Shown here: piece after piece, positions 9,425 to 17,475 of the stretch
How positions within the stretch are numbered: position 1 is the first letter of the stretch
How the letters are laid out: every line of letters starts with the position of its first letter
Assembly (NCBI GenBank): GCA_903859365.1
Contig: CAIOMD010000001.1
Coordinates: 1 to 55,050, forward strand
Direction: 5' to 3'
Origin: an uncultured Candidatus Saccharibacteria bacterium
GTDB lineage: Bacteria > Patescibacteriota > Saccharimonadia > Saccharimonadales > CAIOMD01
Length of the DNA: 55,050 bases
The notes under the pieces: model-generated
Databases searched by the model: none
What the model saw: only the letters and a program-made list of their open reading frames with translations
Told to the model about the DNA's origin: nothing
Translations under genes and position numbers: made by a program

Positions 9425-9459
9425 TACAAATAGTATACCTTATAACACCTTGAAAGCTA

Positions 9460-10356
9460 TTAGCTTCTTGCTAGAGCAAGCTTTACCAATGTATCAACTA
9501 ATTGAGACATGGAGAGCCCCGCTTGCCTCGCAGACAAAGGTACTAGGCTGTTATCGGTCATACCGGGTAAAGTATTAATTTCTAGACAAAAAATGTTTTG
9601 ATTTTTATCAACAATCAAATCGGTTCTTGAAATATCCCTACATCCCATTAGATTGTGCAGTTTAATAGCTATTTCTTGAGCCTTTTTTTGAGTCAATTCA
9701 CTGACTAATTTTGGTGGGCAATTTTCCGCCGTTTCGCCATTATATTTATTTACGAAATCAAACTCTTTTCCTTCTGGAGGGATAATTTCTATAACAGGGA
9801 ATGCTTGCTCACCAATGATTGGGACTGTTATTTCAATACCTTCAATCAATTCCTGAAGGAGAAGCTCATTGTTATATTTGGGAAATATAGTTTCTAGAAT
9901 TTCATAATTAAATTTACTCGGATCTCGAACTATAAAGGTATCTACACTTGATCCCTCAGCCCTTGGCTTTATTACAAAAGGATTTTTTAATAATTCCGAA
10001 TTTTCAAAGGTATCCTTGGATATAACTTCAGATTTGGGAAAAACTATACCGCTAGCTAGCTGAGCGGTACGTAATTTGTCAAAACAATTTGCAGATGCCT
10101 CAGAACCAGAACCCACAAATTTGACTGAATTTTCTTCAAGTATTTTCTGCAAATCACCACTCTCTCCCTTACCGCCGTGCAGAATTGGGAAAACTACATC
10201 AATATCGTTAATGTGCTCTAAGATATTCTCGTGTAATGGATCACAATAACTTACTTCATACCCAGCCTCTGAAAGTGCCGTACCGACGGCTGTACCTGAT
10301 TTTAAAGATATCTCTCGTTCTGCTGAATCACCTCCAAGAATAACTAATACTTTCAT
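9460..10356 (-). CDS. ddl: D-alanine--D-alanine ligase
   Basis: GGDSAEREISL, LHGGKGESG, GSS, EINTLPG motifs. Confidence 0.95.
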   Translation of the reverse strand: MKVLVILGGDSAEREISLKSGTAVGTALSEAGYEVSYCDPLHENILEHINDIDVVFPILHGGKGESGDLQKILEENSVKFVGSGSEASANCFDKLRTAQLASGIVFPKSEVISKDTFENSELLKNPFVIKPRAEGSSVDTFIVRDPSKFNYEILETIFPKYNNELLLQELIEGIEITVPIIGEQAFPVIEIIPPEGKEFDFVNKYNGETAENCPPKLVSELTQKKAQEIAIKLHNLMGCRDISRTDLIVDKNQNIFCLEINTLPGMTDNSLVPLSARQAGLSMSQLVDTLVKLALARS

Positions 10357-11633
10357 AAATTATCTCCAAACTGTTTAATCTTTATCTTCATCCAATAGTT
10401 TGACTGCCGTACTAAGTTTATCTCATCTTCACTGTTAAGGAGAAGTTTCTTAACTACCTCCTCTGCATAAACCCCATTTTGGGATCCTTTTACAAGAACG
10501 ATTCCATTATCTTTAAGGTTTTCTTTTACTGCCCTTGCGGCTGCTTGAGGAGCTGATGTTTCTATAACTTTGCATCCATTGGCTGCGGCTACCGGAGCTG
10601 TATAGAAATTAGCGTGTTCACCTAGGGTGATAACAAGATCAATTGATTCTGGCGTGCAAAGCTCTCCCATAATTTCATGCTCTTTTTTTGAACTTTCACC
10701 AAGTTCATTCATCATTCCCAGAACAACAATTTTTTGAGGGGCTTTTAAATTATTCAGCACTTCAAGGGAAGCTTTAACAGCAAGGGGACTTGAATTATAC
10801 GTATCATCAATAATTATAGATTTATTAATCCCTTTAAGGATATTCATCCTGCCTGGATTTGGCATAATTTTCTTGATCCCGGCTTCGATCTCGTCATTGC
10901 TTAAACCCATTTGATCGCTTACTGCAGCTGCAGCAGTAATCGCTTTTGCGAAAGGTGCTCCGAATACAGCAGTCTGTGAAATAAACGAATTACCTACATT
11001 CTTTATAGTGACTTCCATTTCGTTGTTTAAAATTTTATACGTACCGGAATAATTAGCATCTGACTTCAGGCTATAGGTTAAATACTTAGTACCACCGATG
11101 TATTTAGTGATGAATTGAGACTTTATGTCGTCACTATTTAAAATTACATTTTTACTAAAAGATGAAACCGATAGTTCTTCGGCCGCTACAGCCTCTATAG
11201 TTTTAAACTGGGCCATATGCTCAGGGCTCACCGCGGTAACGACACTTACCTCAGGATGGAGGTATTTATTAAATGCAATGATATCACCTGGTCTATCGGC
11301 TCCCAGCTCCACTACGACTACATCGTAATAAGTTGTCTCTTTCAAAATTCGTCTTCCGCTTAAATATGCTTTTATCCATTTTGCTATTTCAAAAGGATTA
11401 GGCTGGGATTGTTCTAGAAAAATAAACGGCACACTGAGTAATGTGTTGTAGTTGCCCTTCTGAAAACCAACTTTATATTTCTCTGATAAAACCTGCGCTA
11501 TAGCAAGTTTAGTGCTGGTCTTGCCGACACTTCCAGTGACTGCAACAATTTTTACATTATGTTTTTCAATTATCTTTTTAGCAAGATTTCCGAAAATTAA
11601 TGTCAGTATATTTTTTGAAATCTCTTTCAACAT
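10353..11633 (-). CDS. murF: UDP-MurNAc-tripeptide--D-Ala-D-Ala ligase (N-terminally reduced)
   Basis: VTGSVGKTSTK P-loop, DDTYNSSP, LGMMNELG, LVKGSQ; adjacent to ddl. Confidence 0.88.
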   Translation of the reverse strand: MLKEISKNILTLIFGNLAKKIIEKHNVKIVAVTGSVGKTSTKLAIAQVLSEKYKVGFQKGNYNTLLSVPFIFLEQSQPNPFEIAKWIKAYLSGRRILKETTYYDVVVVELGADRPGDIIAFNKYLHPEVSVVTAVSPEHMAQFKTIEAVAAEELSVSSFSKNVILNSDDIKSQFITKYIGGTKYLTYSLKSDANYSGTYKILNNEMEVTIKNVGNSFISQTAVFGAPFAKAITAAAAVSDQMGLSNDEIEAGIKKIMPNPGRMNILKGINKSIIIDDTYNSSPLAVKASLEVLNNLKAPQKIVVLGMMNELGESSKKEHEIMGELCTPESIDLVITLGEHANFYTAPVAAANGCKVIETSAPQAAARAVKENLKDNGIVLVKGSQNGVYAEEVVKKLLLNSEDEINLVRQSNYWMKIKIKQFGDNL

Positions 11634-11636
11634 TTT

Positions 11637-13118
11637 TTATACAATTCCGCCTAGATGATGAATTTCACAGACATGAGAAGTGTTCATAAGCCACTCACAT
11701 CCATGGGTTTTTGCAAATGCTGTTGCTTTTGCAGGCCCCCATGTTCCTTTATCATATTCATAAAGATGTTTATTATCTTTTTCCCAAGCGCTTAAAATGG
11801 GCTGGAGAATTTTCCAGCAACGTATCACTTCATCACTGGTTGCGAATAAGCTTTGATCACCCGTTATGGCATCCACGAGAACTCGTTCATAGGCGTCCGG
11901 CTGAATATCCTTAAAGGAAGTTTCGTAACAGAAATCCATATCTACTGGTTCTAGTTCATTTTTAAGACCAGGTTTTTTTGCAAGTAGCCGTATACCGATT
12001 CCTTCATTTGGTTGAATACGAATAGTTAGCATATTCGGTGTGATTTTTCGTCTTGTTCTGTCTTTGAAAACAAGTGTGATTTCAGTGGTTTTTTCCTTCA
12101 AGGCCTTACCGGTTCTGAGTAAGATTGGCACACCTCCCCATCTAGAATTATTAACCGTAAGATGAACCGCGGCATAGGTCTCAATATTCGAATGAGCATT
12201 TTTTACTTCATCTCTATATCCTGCATATTGACCTCGAATGGCAATCTCATTAACATGTCTTTTTTTAATTGGTTTAACGGATTTAAGAAGTAAGAGCTTC
12301 TCCTTATGAAGATCTTTGGCTTTCATTGGTTGAGGAACATCCATCATGGTAAGAGCCATAAGTTGTAGTAAATGACTCTGTATGAGGTCACGCAGCGCTC
12401 CCATCCCTTCATAAAATACTGCACGCCCCTCTATATCAACTTCTTCAGCAGCAGTGATTTGAATATAGTCAACGAATTGACGATTCCAAATTCCTTCAAT
12501 TAAAGGATTACTGAAACGAAAGGTAAGTAAATTCTGTGCCGTTTCTTTGGCAAGGTAGTGGTCAATACGATACACCTGATTTTCTTTAAAATATTTTTTT
12601 ATAAAACCTACTAGATCTTTAGCACTTGCTAGATTAGTCCCAAATGGTTTTTCAACTAATATTCTTTGGGAAATATTTCCAGATTCCTTGTTCAGCCCAG
12701 CATTCGCAAGACAAGTAATAACACTCTTGAAAATCGATGGTGGGACTGCGAGATAATAAAGATGGTTTAGCTTTTCACCATTTTTTCTATCAATCTCCTG
12801 AAGTACGTTCTTTAATAAGAAGAAATCTTCGGGGTTTTCACTATCTAGTGTTAATACTCTCGATCTATTCTTAAAAAGATCAGTTACTTCTTGTATATTT
12901 TGCTGTCCTTTGCGCATTGGTTCATCATCAATTTTCTTTAGTATTGATTCTTTTGTTACGTCAGGATTTCTAGAAACGAAAATTATTTCAAACTTTTCAG
13001 GGACGAGATTGCCTTTGAGAAGATGATATATCGCTGGAAGTAATTTATTCTGAACAAGATTTCCGGTAGCACCAAAAATCACTAAGACAGTTCCGTTTGA
13101 ATTATTCGTTAATGCCAT
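11637..13118 (-). CDS. zwf: Glucose-6-phosphate 1-dehydrogenase
   Basis: IFGATGNL, EKPFG, RIDHYLAKE motifs. Confidence 0.96.
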   Translation of the reverse strand: MALTNNSNGTVLVIFGATGNLVQNKLLPAIYHLLKGNLVPEKFEIIFVSRNPDVTKESILKKIDDEPMRKGQQNIQEVTDLFKNRSRVLTLDSENPEDFFLLKNVLQEIDRKNGEKLNHLYYLAVPPSIFKSVITCLANAGLNKESGNISQRILVEKPFGTNLASAKDLVGFIKKYFKENQVYRIDHYLAKETAQNLLTFRFSNPLIEGIWNRQFVDYIQITAAEEVDIEGRAVFYEGMGALRDLIQSHLLQLMALTMMDVPQPMKAKDLHKEKLLLLKSVKPIKKRHVNEIAIRGQYAGYRDEVKNAHSNIETYAAVHLTVNNSRWGGVPILLRTGKALKEKTTEITLVFKDRTRRKITPNMLTIRIQPNEGIGIRLLAKKPGLKNELEPVDMDFCYETSFKDIQPDAYERVLVDAITGDQSLFATSDEVIRCWKILQPILSAWEKDNKHLYEYDKGTWGPAKATAFAKTHGCEWLMNTSHVCEIHHLGGIV

Positions 13119-13132
13119 CTTATAACCCTTCT

Positions 13133-14035
13133 TTAGGACTTATTAATACTATGCCCACCGAATTTGTTTCTTAATGCTGCTAAAATTTGTGTTGCGTAAG
13201 ACACTTCACCATTTTGGCTATCAAATCTTACTTTTAACGCATCTTCAAGCACTGGCATTTTAACGTTGCTCTTGCGTGCAGAATCAAGCGTCCATCGGCC
13301 TTCACCAGAATCAGCTACATAGCCGTCAACACCTTCAAGACTTGGATTTTCCTGATAAATCTCAACCATAAGTTTATTGAGTGTCGATTCTACGATGCTG
13401 CCATGCTGCCAGACTTCTGCTATCTTTTCCATATCGAGGCCTTCCATCGGGCCCTCTTTTAAGAGCTGATAGCCTTCTGCCATAGCTTGCATAACTCCGT
13501 ATTCTATTCCATTGTGAACCATCTTAACGAAATGACCACGACCTGATTCACCCATATAGGCATGCGCACCTTTGGGTGCAGCTAAAATATCAAAGGCTGG
13601 TATCATTCTTTCGTAATTTGCTCTGGATCCGCCAACCATTAAGCTAAAACCATTACTGAGTCCCATAACGCCGCCACTTGTCCCTACGTCCATCATATCT
13701 ATATTTTGAGCTGCAAGTTTCTCGGCATGGCTCATGGTTTCATTGAAATTAGTATTTCCGCCATCAATTAAAAGAGCGCCTTCAGGCAAGAGAGGTAGGA
13801 AGGCGTCAATTTCGTCTGAAGTGAAGTTTGAAGGAATCATAAGCCATATAACCGGATTCTCTCCAAGCATAGTTACCAATTCTTGTCTGCTTGTGGCAGC
13901 TTTAGCGCCACTTTGTACTGCTTTTTCAACGGCCGTCGAATCTACATCAAGTACAACCATTTCGTGACCAGCCTCAGAAAGTTTCTTTACGATCTGATAA
14001 CCCATTTTTCCGAGTCCAATAAATCCTATTTTCAT
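13133..14035 (-). CDS. gnd: 6-phosphogluconate dehydrogenase (decarboxylating, short type)
   Basis: GLGKMG, IDGGN, GTSGG, GHFVKMVHNGIEYG, LRNKFGGH. Confidence 0.95.
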   Translation of the reverse strand: MKIGFIGLGKMGYQIVKKLSEAGHEMVVLDVDSTAVEKAVQSGAKAATSRQELVTMLGENPVIWLMIPSNFTSDEIDAFLPLLPEGALLIDGGNTNFNETMSHAEKLAAQNIDMMDVGTSGGVMGLSNGFSLMVGGSRANYERMIPAFDILAAPKGAHAYMGESGRGHFVKMVHNGIEYGVMQAMAEGYQLLKEGPMEGLDMEKIAEVWQHGSIVESTLNKLMVEIYQENPSLEGVDGYVADSGEGRWTLDSARKSNVKMPVLEDALKVRFDSQNGEVSYATQILAALRNKFGGHSINKS

Positions 14036-14694
14036 TCTAGTTTCCCCTTGTTATAAAGTATCTCATATTGTTTTGCATTTTTGATAAGTTGCGATGGATA
14101 ATCTACTGGATCATGAACTTCGGAAACCGCCATAACAGCAGATTCTTTTTCATCACCTTCAATATATGCAAAAATCATATCAATTGAGCTAATGAAATGT
14201 GGGCTGATAGAAATTCTCTCAAACGTGTCTGAGGAATAATCAACCACAAGATTAGTAGAATCATTAAAGTTGATTCCTGGCAATATTCCTGCTGTATGAT
14301 TATCGGCACCAATACCCAAAACTGCGATTATATAATCTGAGATTTCTACAATACTTGCTAGCTTGCTTTCATAGTTCTTTGCCGTTTGATTGCGATTAAT
14401 CCCAGCATTCACTTCCAATATTTCTTCGAATTTAGATACATAATTTAGTAACCCGAGTGTCTTAAGCAAGTGAGCGTTTGAGTCTTCGGAATCGTAGGGA
14501 ACAAATCGTTCATCAACCATAGCGACTGACATATTTTTTCTCACTGAATCATCGAGCATGCTCAGGGCAGCTACCCCTATCGAAGCACTTGAACCGCCAC
14601 TCAAAAGATATAGAATTTTTTTTGAACTATTTTTTTTTATTTCTTCAGCAACTCTGCGCTCTGCTTCAGTTTTTGTTACGTTTTGCATTACCAT
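14032..14694 (-). CDS. pgl: 6-phosphogluconolactonase
   Basis: LSGGSS, DERFVP...SN, LGIGADNHTAG; first gene of pgl-gnd-zwf. Confidence 0.85.
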   Translation of the reverse strand: MVMQNVTKTEAERRVAEEIKKNSSKKILYLLSGGSSASIGVAALSMLDDSVRKNMSVAMVDERFVPYDSEDSNAHLLKTLGLLNYVSKFEEILEVNAGINRNQTAKNYESKLASIVEISDYIIAVLGIGADNHTAGILPGINFNDSTNLVVDYSSDTFERISISPHFISSIDMIFAYIEGDEKESAVMAVSEVHDPVDYPSQLIKNAKQYEILYNKGKLE

Positions 14695-14772
14695 TAGTAT
14701 AATCTATGAGCCTCATCTTTTACTAGAGTAGTGTTGTTTGAGAAGTCTGCTTTAGCTATAATTACAAACCAC

Positions 14773-14849
14773 GGGGCATTGGCGCAGTTGGCTAGCGCGC
14801 TTCCATGGCATGGAAGAGGTCAAGGGTTCGAATCCCTTATGCTCCACCA
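14773..14849 (+). tRNA. tRNA-Ala(GGC)
   Basis: Cloverleaf; anticodon arm cttcc-at-GGC-at-ggaag; G3:U70 pair; CCA end. Confidence 0.96.
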
Positions 14850-15202
14850 TTGTCATGTTTCAGATTTTCTGGGACAGACGAACCCTCGCACGATATCTAA
14901 CCGTCGAGGCTGGTTATCAATCGTTGCGCCAACCGTGAGGGTGCCTCAGGCTTGAGGTGTGCGCCCACCATGAAGAGGCACCTTGGCGGCCTCTGACCCT
15001 CGTGAGATTGTCCAGGCCTTGGTGTGGGCTTGGACAGCGTCGGATACGTGGAGCGCTGGCGTGCGGACCCGAGTCACCGTGAAGGGCAACTCCTGGATCT
15101 CGACCTTCTCCTTCGGCTCGTGAAGCAATGACTCGAAACGAGCGAAGGGGATGGACCGAGGTCCGATGCCTTCTGGTGATGGGTTAACGAACGTTGCGAG
15201 CG

Positions 15203-15715
15203 TCAGGCCGAAGTGGCCGCTGCGTTGTAGGCGTCGAGTTGTCCGGACGCTTCGATGTACTCCTCGACCCAGCGGGCCATGACCGCACTGGTCTTCTCGA
15301 CCTTCTCGAACTGACCGACAACTTGACCGACGGGGTTGAAGGCGACGTCCACGGTCTGGTCAGGCCACTTGTGGGTTGCCGAGACCGCCATGCCCGACAC
15401 CATGTACTGCAGCGGCATGCCGAGGGGCTCTGGATTGCCTTCGGCCGCCCAGGCTTCGTTCCAGTCGTTCTTGAGCATCCGGCAGGGCTTGCCCGTAAAG
15501 GAGCGGCTACGCACCGTGTCGCGGGACGTGGCCTTGATGTAGGCCGCTTGCTGGACGGGGGTGTTCTCGGCCTCTTCGACCATGAGCCACTGCGAACCCG
15601 ACCAGGCACCTTGGCACCCGAGGGCCAGAGCTGCAGCGATCTGCTGGCCGGAGCCAATTCCGCCGGCAGCGAGAACAGGACGAGGGGCCACGGCCTTGAC
15701 GACTTGGGGCCACTG
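15203..15715 (-). pseudogene. Nitronate monooxygenase (2-nitropropane dioxygenase-like), C-terminal half only
   Basis: WPQVVKAVAPRPVLAAGGIGSGQQIAAALALG..GAWSGSQWL...SRSFTGKP resembles mycobacterial Rv1894c-type NMO (recalled, not searched); upstream of about 15715 the frame is antisense to another gene and shows no NMO N-terminus. Confidence 0.8.
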
Positions 15716-15722
15716 CACTAGA

Positions 15723-16031
15723 ATGGAAGACATGTTGTGGATTGTGTTGCCCATCGCCATCGTGCTCATCGCCGTCGTTGGTTCAGTTCTGCTCACCCGA
15801 AGAAATGGGGGAACGGGCAACGACGTGATCGTCGAGTGCAGCGATGGCCATACGTACACGACCACCTGGATCCCGGCGGTCTCCTTCAAAGCCGTGCGCC
15901 TTGGTCCCACGCGAGCGCAGTACTGCCCCGTGGGGCGACACTGGACCAAGGTTCACCAGGTTGATCCCACCACCCTTGATGAAGAGGTGCTCGCAACGGC
16001 GCGCACCGTGCACGACCTCCGCATCCCTTAA
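15723..16031 (+). CDS. Small membrane-anchored protein with Cys/His (putative Zn-ribbon) motif
   Basis: MEDMLWIVLPIAIVLIAVVGSVLL TM helix, then C-x-x-G-H...WIP..S.K..RLG...CPVG.HW; high GC3 codon usage; resembles an actinobacterial hypothetical family. Confidence 0.7.
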   Translation: MEDMLWIVLPIAIVLIAVVGSVLLTRRNGGTGNDVIVECSDGHTYTTTWIPAVSFKAVRLGPTRAQYCPVGRHWTKVHQVDPTTLDEEVLATARTVHDLRIP

Positions 16032-16045
16032 GCCGGATTCGCTAC

Positions 16046-16501
16046 CTACGAAACTATTTTTTCGGCTACTGCTTCTTTGATTCCATATTTTGCCTGCTGA
16101 GCCAGACCGTTTGCAACAACCTGCGTATCTTCATAAACATCAAATTTATATGCTTTACCCCACCGGATGGAAATAAAATGGACGCCTGGATTTACATATT
16201 TTTGTCCATTAATAAGCTTGGTCGTCGCCACCCATCTGGCAATTACTAATGTATTCCAAGGAAAACCTTTTACTACAACATCGTTAACCTGGAATGTAAG
16301 CTTAGGTAGAACTCTGCCTAATCTTTCAAACCATTTTCTTAAGGCATCTTTATCATGACGAGTTCCACCTAATGCATGATCACCAGCAAAATGATGAATT
16401 ACGTTACTACTGATACCCCCAAGAACTTTATTATAATTATGATTTTGTACATCAATAAATGTATCTCTGACTTTCTTCGTAATAATCCTTTTATATATCA
16501 T
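16046..16501 (-). CDS. SnoaL-like/NTF2 family protein
   Basis: HHFAGDHALGGTRH...WFERL...GFPWNT...YEDTQ pattern; 151 aa. Confidence 0.8.
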   Translation of the reverse strand: MIYKRIITKKVRDTFIDVQNHNYNKVLGGISSNVIHHFAGDHALGGTRHDKDALRKWFERLGRVLPKLTFQVNDVVVKGFPWNTLVIARWVATTKLINGQKYVNPGVHFISIRWGKAYKFDVYEDTQVVANGLAQQAKYGIKEAVAEKIVS

Positions 16502-16513
16502 GGTTTATTATCC

Positions 16514-17341
16514 CTATTTTAAATGTACGAATTGAGCAGACTGATCCCATAATGATTTTTGAATTGATGGTTCAAGTGACTTTTCATCAACTTTATTCGA
16601 TATCTTTTTCTTTATATAGTATTCACCAGACTTCCAATCTAAATCTCCAGATTTATCCGCAAGCCACACTAGGGTCTCCGCACCTTTGCTTACAGAAATT
16701 AAAAACATTTTTTTAATTGGTGTGTGGTAAGCATATTTCATAAGACTAGTGGTATCACTTGCGAAATTACTGGCAACATTACCCGGATGAAATGCAGCAG
16801 TAGTTATTCCTGAATTATGGAAGCGATTATGCAACTCTTTAGTGAAAAGAATGTTTTCAAGTTTTGCATTTCCATAAGCAATCTGTGGCGAATATTTTTT
16901 TGTTAGCTCAAGATCATTAATGTCAAAGTCACTGAGTACTCGATTAGCAATACTTGAAGTATTGATAATCGAAGCATTATTTTTAATTAAAATATCCATC
17001 AGGAGGTTCGTTAATAAAAAATGTGCCAGATGGTTGACTTGCATTGTTTTTTCATGACCGTCTACTGTTAGTTCTCTATTGCCAAAAATACCACCAGCAT
17101 TATTGGCGAGTACATCAATTTTAAGAAAATCTTTTCTTAAATTAGTAGCCAGTTTTCGAACGTCATCTAATTTAGCAAAATCAACTGTGTAAGTATGAAC
17201 TCCGAGTTCTTGGGCCACTAATTTTGTTTTATCAGGTGAGTGACCTATGGCAATCACTTGATGACCAAGCGCATGGAGTTGACGAGCAGCCTCTTTCCCG
17301 ATGCCATCGCTTGCACCTGTTATTACAATTGTTTTTTTCAT
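16514..17341 (-). CDS. SDR family NAD(P)-dependent oxidoreductase
   Basis: TGASDGIG, NNAG, VNHLAHFLLT, YGNAK (YxxxK), HPG. Confidence 0.93.
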   Translation of the reverse strand: MKKTIVITGASDGIGKEAARQLHALGHQVIAIGHSPDKTKLVAQELGVHTYTVDFAKLDDVRKLATNLRKDFLKIDVLANNAGGIFGNRELTVDGHEKTMQVNHLAHFLLTNLLMDILIKNNASIINTSSIANRVLSDFDINDLELTKKYSPQIAYGNAKLENILFTKELHNRFHNSGITTAAFHPGNVASNFASDTTSLMKYAYHTPIKKMFLISVSKGAETLVWLADKSGDLDWKSGEYYIKKKISNKVDEKSLEPSIQKSLWDQSAQFVHLK

Positions 17342-17359
17342 TACTCTTCATTCCTGAAT

Positions 17360-17449
17360 AAATATCGCGCAGGCCCACCCGGCGGCCTTAATATATTCTG
17401 TTTTTTTGGATAGTTTTTATTTTAAAGCCGCGCAGTCTGCGCGAGATTT
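17360..17449 (-). promoter_or_regulatory. Nested inverted-repeat element in the 5' region of the SDR gene
   Basis: aaatatcgcgcag pairs with ctgcgcgagattt; gcggccttaa pairs with ttaaagccgc; GC-rich arms in an AT-rich spacer. Confidence 0.45.
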
Positions 17450-17475
17450 ATAATCCTATATAACGCTTATACTAA

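Larger units (their letters stand above)
14850..16045. mobile_element. High-GC foreign segment at the tRNA-Ala 3' end (HGT island or assembly chimera)
   Basis: Abrupt GC shift (38/60 GC in 15241-15300 vs 15/60 in 16441-16500); Actinobacteria-like genes; no integrase or att repeat seen. Confidence 0.65.

Noticed and set aside
14731-14955. 74 aa ORF on the + strand
   Set aside because: Runs through tRNA-Ala; shadow ORF
14946-15128. 60 aa minus-strand ORF in the high-GC segment
   Set aside because: No recognisable motif or RBS; may be a gene remnant but cannot be supported
15184-15721. Several long overlapping ORFs (157 aa, 175 aa and others) in the high-GC segment
   Set aside because: Expected stop-poor shadow frames of GC-rich coding DNA; only the NMO frame and the 15723 gene have recognisable motifs
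17360-17449. Match to ZTP or guanidine riboswitch, self-cleaving ribozyme or integron attC
   Set aside because: Consensus nucleotides for these classes are not recognisable by eye; kept only as an unassigned structured element
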